A stretch of DNA of 51,625 bases from assembly GCF_902713615.1 (NCBI RefSeq), contig NW_024055437.1, forward strand, positions 310,001-361,625, given 5' to 3'. The translations under genes and the position numbers were made by a program. The notes beneath the pieces were generated by a model. It was not told the origin of the DNA and did not search any database. It saw only the letters and a program-made list of their open reading frames with translations. Source of the DNA: Scyliorhinus canicula (Eukaryota). This document shows positions 47,171 to 51,625 of this stretch, one piece after another. The number at the start of each line of letters is the position of its first letter. The first letter of the stretch is position 1.

Positions 47171-49419
47171 TGTTTGTATCGATGTATGGGGGCACCAACA
47201 CCTGGAAGTTCCTTTCCAAGACACTCACCATCCTGATTTAGGAATACACCGCCAATCCTTCACTGTCGCCGAGTCAAAATTCTGGAACTCCCTCCCTGGC
47301 AATATCCCGGTTATCCCTCCGCAACATGGACTGCAATTATTCAAGGATGTTTCACATCTAAGCTTTCCCGGGGGACACTTCGGCACATACAATAAAATCT
47401 GGTCTTGCCAGCGCCTCCAAAATCCTAGGATAGGATTAAAAATAAAATGCAAAGGGATTTCTCCGCTGCACTGACCCATTAAATAGATCAAGTATTGCAA
47501 TAGCACGGAATGTAACCCAATAAATCGCTCTCTGCATTGCCGAATCGAAAATTCCCAAGACCAATATATCACTGCTTAAAAATCAACCAAATCTCCTTCT
47601 ACAGCCTGTCTGGCGTTGCTGAATTCTTTCTGTCACAATCTGGATGAGGAATCACCTTTCTGAGTCGCCTTGTCAAACATCAAGTATAATTTCCACATTT
47701 CACACAGATACAAGTTCTATTGAAGGGCTTGATCAAATTGCACTCCCTGAAATACTGGAAAATGAAGCAGAAGATTTACAACCAGTCAGGAAGATTCCTG
47801 GTCCCAGCACAGTGGTCCGCGCGCAAAGAAACTGAACAGACACAAATGGCAACAATCGAGTTCCAGCAGATAGATCTGTTCAATCTGTCAGTTTCATGAA
47901 ACTGTTTGATTCAAATTGATCAATGGTCAACTTCCGACAACAATAATTCAGTAATTTATTTGAAATTAAACTGACATTAATTTCAAAATCATATTCGACT
48001 TTTAACTATTTTTCCCTGTCTGTCTCAAATCTCGATAATTGGGCAAAAAGTAGTTTTGCTGAAAGTGAGCAGATTACATATCACAGATTCAGGGTAGATT
48101 AATGACGGAACAGAGACTCAGTGACAGGGCAACAATTAAACAAACCAGATGTAATCAGCAAAAGAATCAAAGCAAAATAATGTAATCAGCAAAAGAGTTT
48201 AGCTGCACACAGCAGTGTAAAGAAATGTATTATTTCCTAAATTCATTTCAGATATTATTAAAATTCTCTAAAACATTTGAGATATTGCCAGGATACAACT
48301 CAATTGTGGGAGGTCATTTATGTTGAATTAATTCTCACTGATATTGTATTGTAAGTTATTGTTAATTGTCAGCTAATCCTTCATTAGATTATCTGTACTA
48401 TAATAATAAATATAACAAAAATAGCTTTCAATAATCCCTAATTTGTTTTTACCCAGAGCTTTATGAAATAATTGGGGTTTAATTAAAACAACCTGACAAT
48501 CAAAAAATGTTGAGCAATAAACTCCAAATTATTCGATGGAAACATCTTAACATTTAACTGACTGTATTCACATTTTAATTTTTTTTACTCCAATTGCCCT
48601 ATTCGACCTACAAATGTGTAAAATATGCGCCTTTCTGAACACATTGATAAATCATAAACTCCATCTATTCGCAGAAAGTAATGAATATGACGAGAACAGC
48701 TCAGTAATATTTATTCAAATCATTTGTAAAACTGACCCATTATGAGCAAGTAGAGTCGACAATTTGATGTTGAATTTAGCATTTAATAAAATTTAAGACT
48801 AAAGCTAAGATATAATCATTCTTTCTTTCCTATCATCTGTTCTTCCAATTCTATCGTGTGTAGAGCACAGCTATGGGAGACAGGATGTCATTATAAAATA
48901 CAAAGGTACTGTTAACCTTTTGTAAATAAATAAATCGGTTTGACATTCAAGCTTTTACTTTTCAATCTCTTGCCATACGCAGTCTGAACTTTCCTACAAT
49001 ACAAATAAAATCATGGGAACAATTCGTTGATTGGCAGCGACTTCCACATCTCAGAAACCCAGTTTAAGATTAGATTAATGATAATTACCTCGCTATCCAA
49101 CTACGCATTACAGTGAAGGTATAATATGGTTGCAGCGGCACTGAAATAATAGAATAACTGGAATTACAAAGTATTTCCAGCCTAGAAACCTGTCCGGTCA
49201 TGTTAACCTCGTGCGGAACACAGCAGGATTGTGAAAGGTGATTAATGATGAATTATATTAATATATAATAACATTAGGTTAATATGGAGTTGTATCACCG
49301 CATTGCAATTGTTTGAATTATATAAATGTTACTATGTTCTGCATGGGCGTTTCAGTCATTATTTCGTTTAATCTGGAATCTTCAGTTAAAATTACAAAAT
49401 GCATCAACATATCTTTATT

Positions 49420-50790
49420 CGATTTTTTCTTAAGCCTGGCTGTTTTCTCCGGACAATCGCCCTTCAAGCACTTCCAAATGCCTAAACCGTTTGCATTCAA
49501 CCAGAAAGCGTGTAACCGCTCAGTGTCACCGAGTTTAAACAATACAGAAACAATGCAGAAACGCTGAACCGTTTGACAGATCTGAATAATTTAAAGTCAC
49601 TCAGATACACAATCTCCTCAACAGAACAAAACACTAAATCACACCAATGAAGGACTGAAACCCGTTTATGGAGAAGCAGCTCAACTCCACATCGAACAGG
49701 ATCAAACTTAATATTGCAAGAAAATATCAATATCCAGCAAACCAGCTAGTCACCAAATGTGTGAATTATTAAAGTAAACAGAAATGTTCCCGGATATTAA
49801 TAACAAATAAATATTGAAACTTAACCATGTTTTTCACACTGAGTCATTTTTCAAGCACATTTAAATGCTTTTAATGTTTACAGTTGATGGTAAAAGCTGC
49901 AACCATCAGATGCCACCGAGATTAAACTTTGCACGAACGGCAAACTGTGATTGCAGCACAACTTGTGCTCGGAAAGGCTTTGTGGTAAACGTGCCTTAGA
50001 TTAATCTGCAATTTTCACTTTTTTTTCAAGATGCACTAACAGCCTCCCTGTTCTCTGCCTACAACCTGCGACAGCAGTTTCAAATACGTATACTCTGCAT
50101 TCAATCACAAACGTGTAACCGCTCAGTGTCACCGAGTTGAATCAATACAGACACACCAACCGTTTCACAAACTTCCTCCTCAAGTCACCCAAAAACATTC
50201 CTCAGCAGGAAAACACCAAATCACATCACTGAAGGAGTGAAACATCATGGAGAAGCAGCTCAATTCTACAAACACTTCCAAAAGAATCAAATGTAACATT
50301 GCACGAAAATCTCAATTTAGAATGCACCCAACCCCATGTCATCAAATGAATGAACAGGTAAACTAAACAGAAACTTGATTAATATCATCAGCACTTTCAG
50401 TGAGCAGAACATGTTCAATAAGATAATACAGAAACTTTAGCACATTTTGTCAATATTGGGATCGATCTCATACACTTGTGCGGAAGACGGTGCAAACTGC
50501 AGACCGAGATTAAACATCGTACAAACTGACGTTTTGTATTTAAAGTAACCCAGCCACACAGTATCCTCAGCAATAAACATCAAATCACAGCAAACAGGGA
50601 CTGAATCCCTCAGCAGCATCTTTCTGTCAAGAAGCCGCGGGATTCTATATCCCCCTTTCAGCAGAATCAAATGAACATTGCAACAACATCTCAATACATG
50701 ATCCACCAAAACACATTTCAGTGAACGAATGGATTTTGAAAATGCAGAAAAATATAAAACAATACTCAAGTAAAACAGTTGGTAAATGAC
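49420..50790. repeat. Three diverged direct-repeat units immediately 3' of JH
   Basis: Shared blocks: GTGTAACCGCTCAGTGTCACCGAGTT at about 49510 and 50112; AAGT(C/A)AC(T/C)CA...CCTCA...AAATCACA...TGAA at about 49590, 50180, 50540; ATGGAGAAGCAGCTCAA at about 49667 and 50247. Confidence 0.7.
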
Positions 50791-50804
50791 GGAATGGTTC
50801 TTAC

Positions 50805-50852
50805 CTGCAGTCACCGTCACCATGGTGCCTTGTCCCCAGTAGCCGAAGTAGT
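50805..50852 (-). CDS. IGHJ: Germline JH segment
   Basis: YFGYWGQGTMVTVTA with WGXG motif and G|GTAAG donor in phase with CH1. Confidence 0.97.
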
Positions 50853-50892
50853 CACAGTGTCACATTCCCTGAGCTGGCTCCATACAATAACC
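50853..50892 (-). promoter_or_regulatory. JH recombination signal sequence (23-type, spacer counted as 24 nt)
   Basis: Heptamer CACAGTG 50853-59, spacer 50860-83, nonamer ACAATAACC 50884-92. Confidence 0.9.
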
Positions 50893-51212
50893 GCATCTGC
50901 ACAAAATAGACAGAAATCCACCATTATTTTTAAACATTCACAACCAACGGCAAAGAAAATTCACGATTAATTTTCAGGAAATTATATTAATATTTGTGGA
51001 TACCGTCTCTCTTCGTAAATGACCGAATGTTTTACATTTCACAGACATGGAAATGTTATTGAAAACACCAACTGTGACTAACTAACGACCACCAAATTCC
51101 ATATTAATTCTTATTATTTTGTCAGTGCTGGAAATAAATAATGCTTCACTGTAAATAAAGTTGGATTGTAAAATCGAGCCTGAGCCAGCCTCAGTGAATT
51201 AGTGCTGAGGGG

Positions 51213-51278
51213 CTTTTTTGTATTGACAGTAACTGCTGTGCCTCAGTTATCACAGTGAGACACAGCGTGTCAAATACT
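51213..51278 (-). other. Germline D2 segment (ATAACTGAGG, 51241-51250) with 12/12 RSSs
   Basis: 5' RSS heptamer CACAGTG 51251-57, 12-nt spacer, nonamer TCAAATACT 51270-78; 3' RSS heptamer CACAGCA 51234-40, 12-nt spacer, nonamer ACAAAAAAG 51213-21; about 320 bp from the JH RSS. Confidence 0.93.
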
Positions 51279-51494
51279 GCGGCAGACTGTTAACTGTAAA
51301 TACAGAGATTTAATTTCACTGCGCTCTCAAAAACCTAACTCTGTCTCTTCCAAGAGCGAATGGGTGAGTTATTTCAGCTTGTCTGTGTCATTAAATTTAT
51401 AAAGAAGATCGGAACACTTTTAAACCCTCTGGGCAGATTTAGCGAGTCGGTCAACAGTATAAAGTGGAAGATTTTTATACCTTTTTGCACAAAT

Positions 51495-51594
51495 NNNNNN
51501 NNNNNNNNNNNNNNNNNNNNNNNNNNNNNNNNNNNNNNNNNNNNNNNNNNNNNNNNNNNNNNNNNNNNNNNNNNNNNNNNNNNNNNNNNNNNNN
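51495..51594. other. Assembly gap (100 N)
   Basis: Run of exactly 100 N. Confidence 1.
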
Positions 51595-51625
51595 TAATCT
51601 GGAATCTTCAGTTAAAATTACAAAA

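Noticed and set aside
21482-51278. IgW, IgNAR, germline-joined or CH2-less IgM1gj identity
   Set aside because: Exactly four C exons including CH2, IgM-type tailpiece, and D2 and JH retain their RSSs
51279-51494. VH or D1 segment
   Set aside because: No heptamer-flanked segment or V framework before the gap; only a weak nonamer-like motif

Overview
Vertebrate genomic DNA from a cartilaginous fish; the SINE/LINE repertoire looks catshark (Scyliorhinus)-like, which is an inference. The minus strand carries most of one unrearranged shark IgM heavy-chain cluster: D2 (12/12 RSS), one JH, a 19.5-kb J-C intron, four intact in-phase Cmu exons with secretory tail, and TM1/TM2 exons with separate poly(A) signals. 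VH and D1 are not visible because a 100-N gap interrupts the locus just upstream of D2. Downstream of IgM lie two KRAB-less C2H2 zinc-finger loci (one near-intact, one pseudogene), each with an NRF1-type CpG promoter. Between them is an 8-kb decayed class I endogenous retrovirus with a tRNA-Ile PBS, mismatched LTRs and an env piece upstream of pol. The most unusual part is the J-C intron. It contains a 5.6-kb minisatellite that is G-rich on the non-template strand with an AID hotspot per unit, a 4.2-kb array of opposite skew, a CpG-rich TIR element between them, and two short AGCT-rich arrays. These resemble switch-region architecture, which is not described in sharks, but function here is only inferred. 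The very long ORFs in the track (up to 1999 aa) are repeat artefacts. Repeat-element boundaries are approximate; exon and RSS coordinates were counted by hand.
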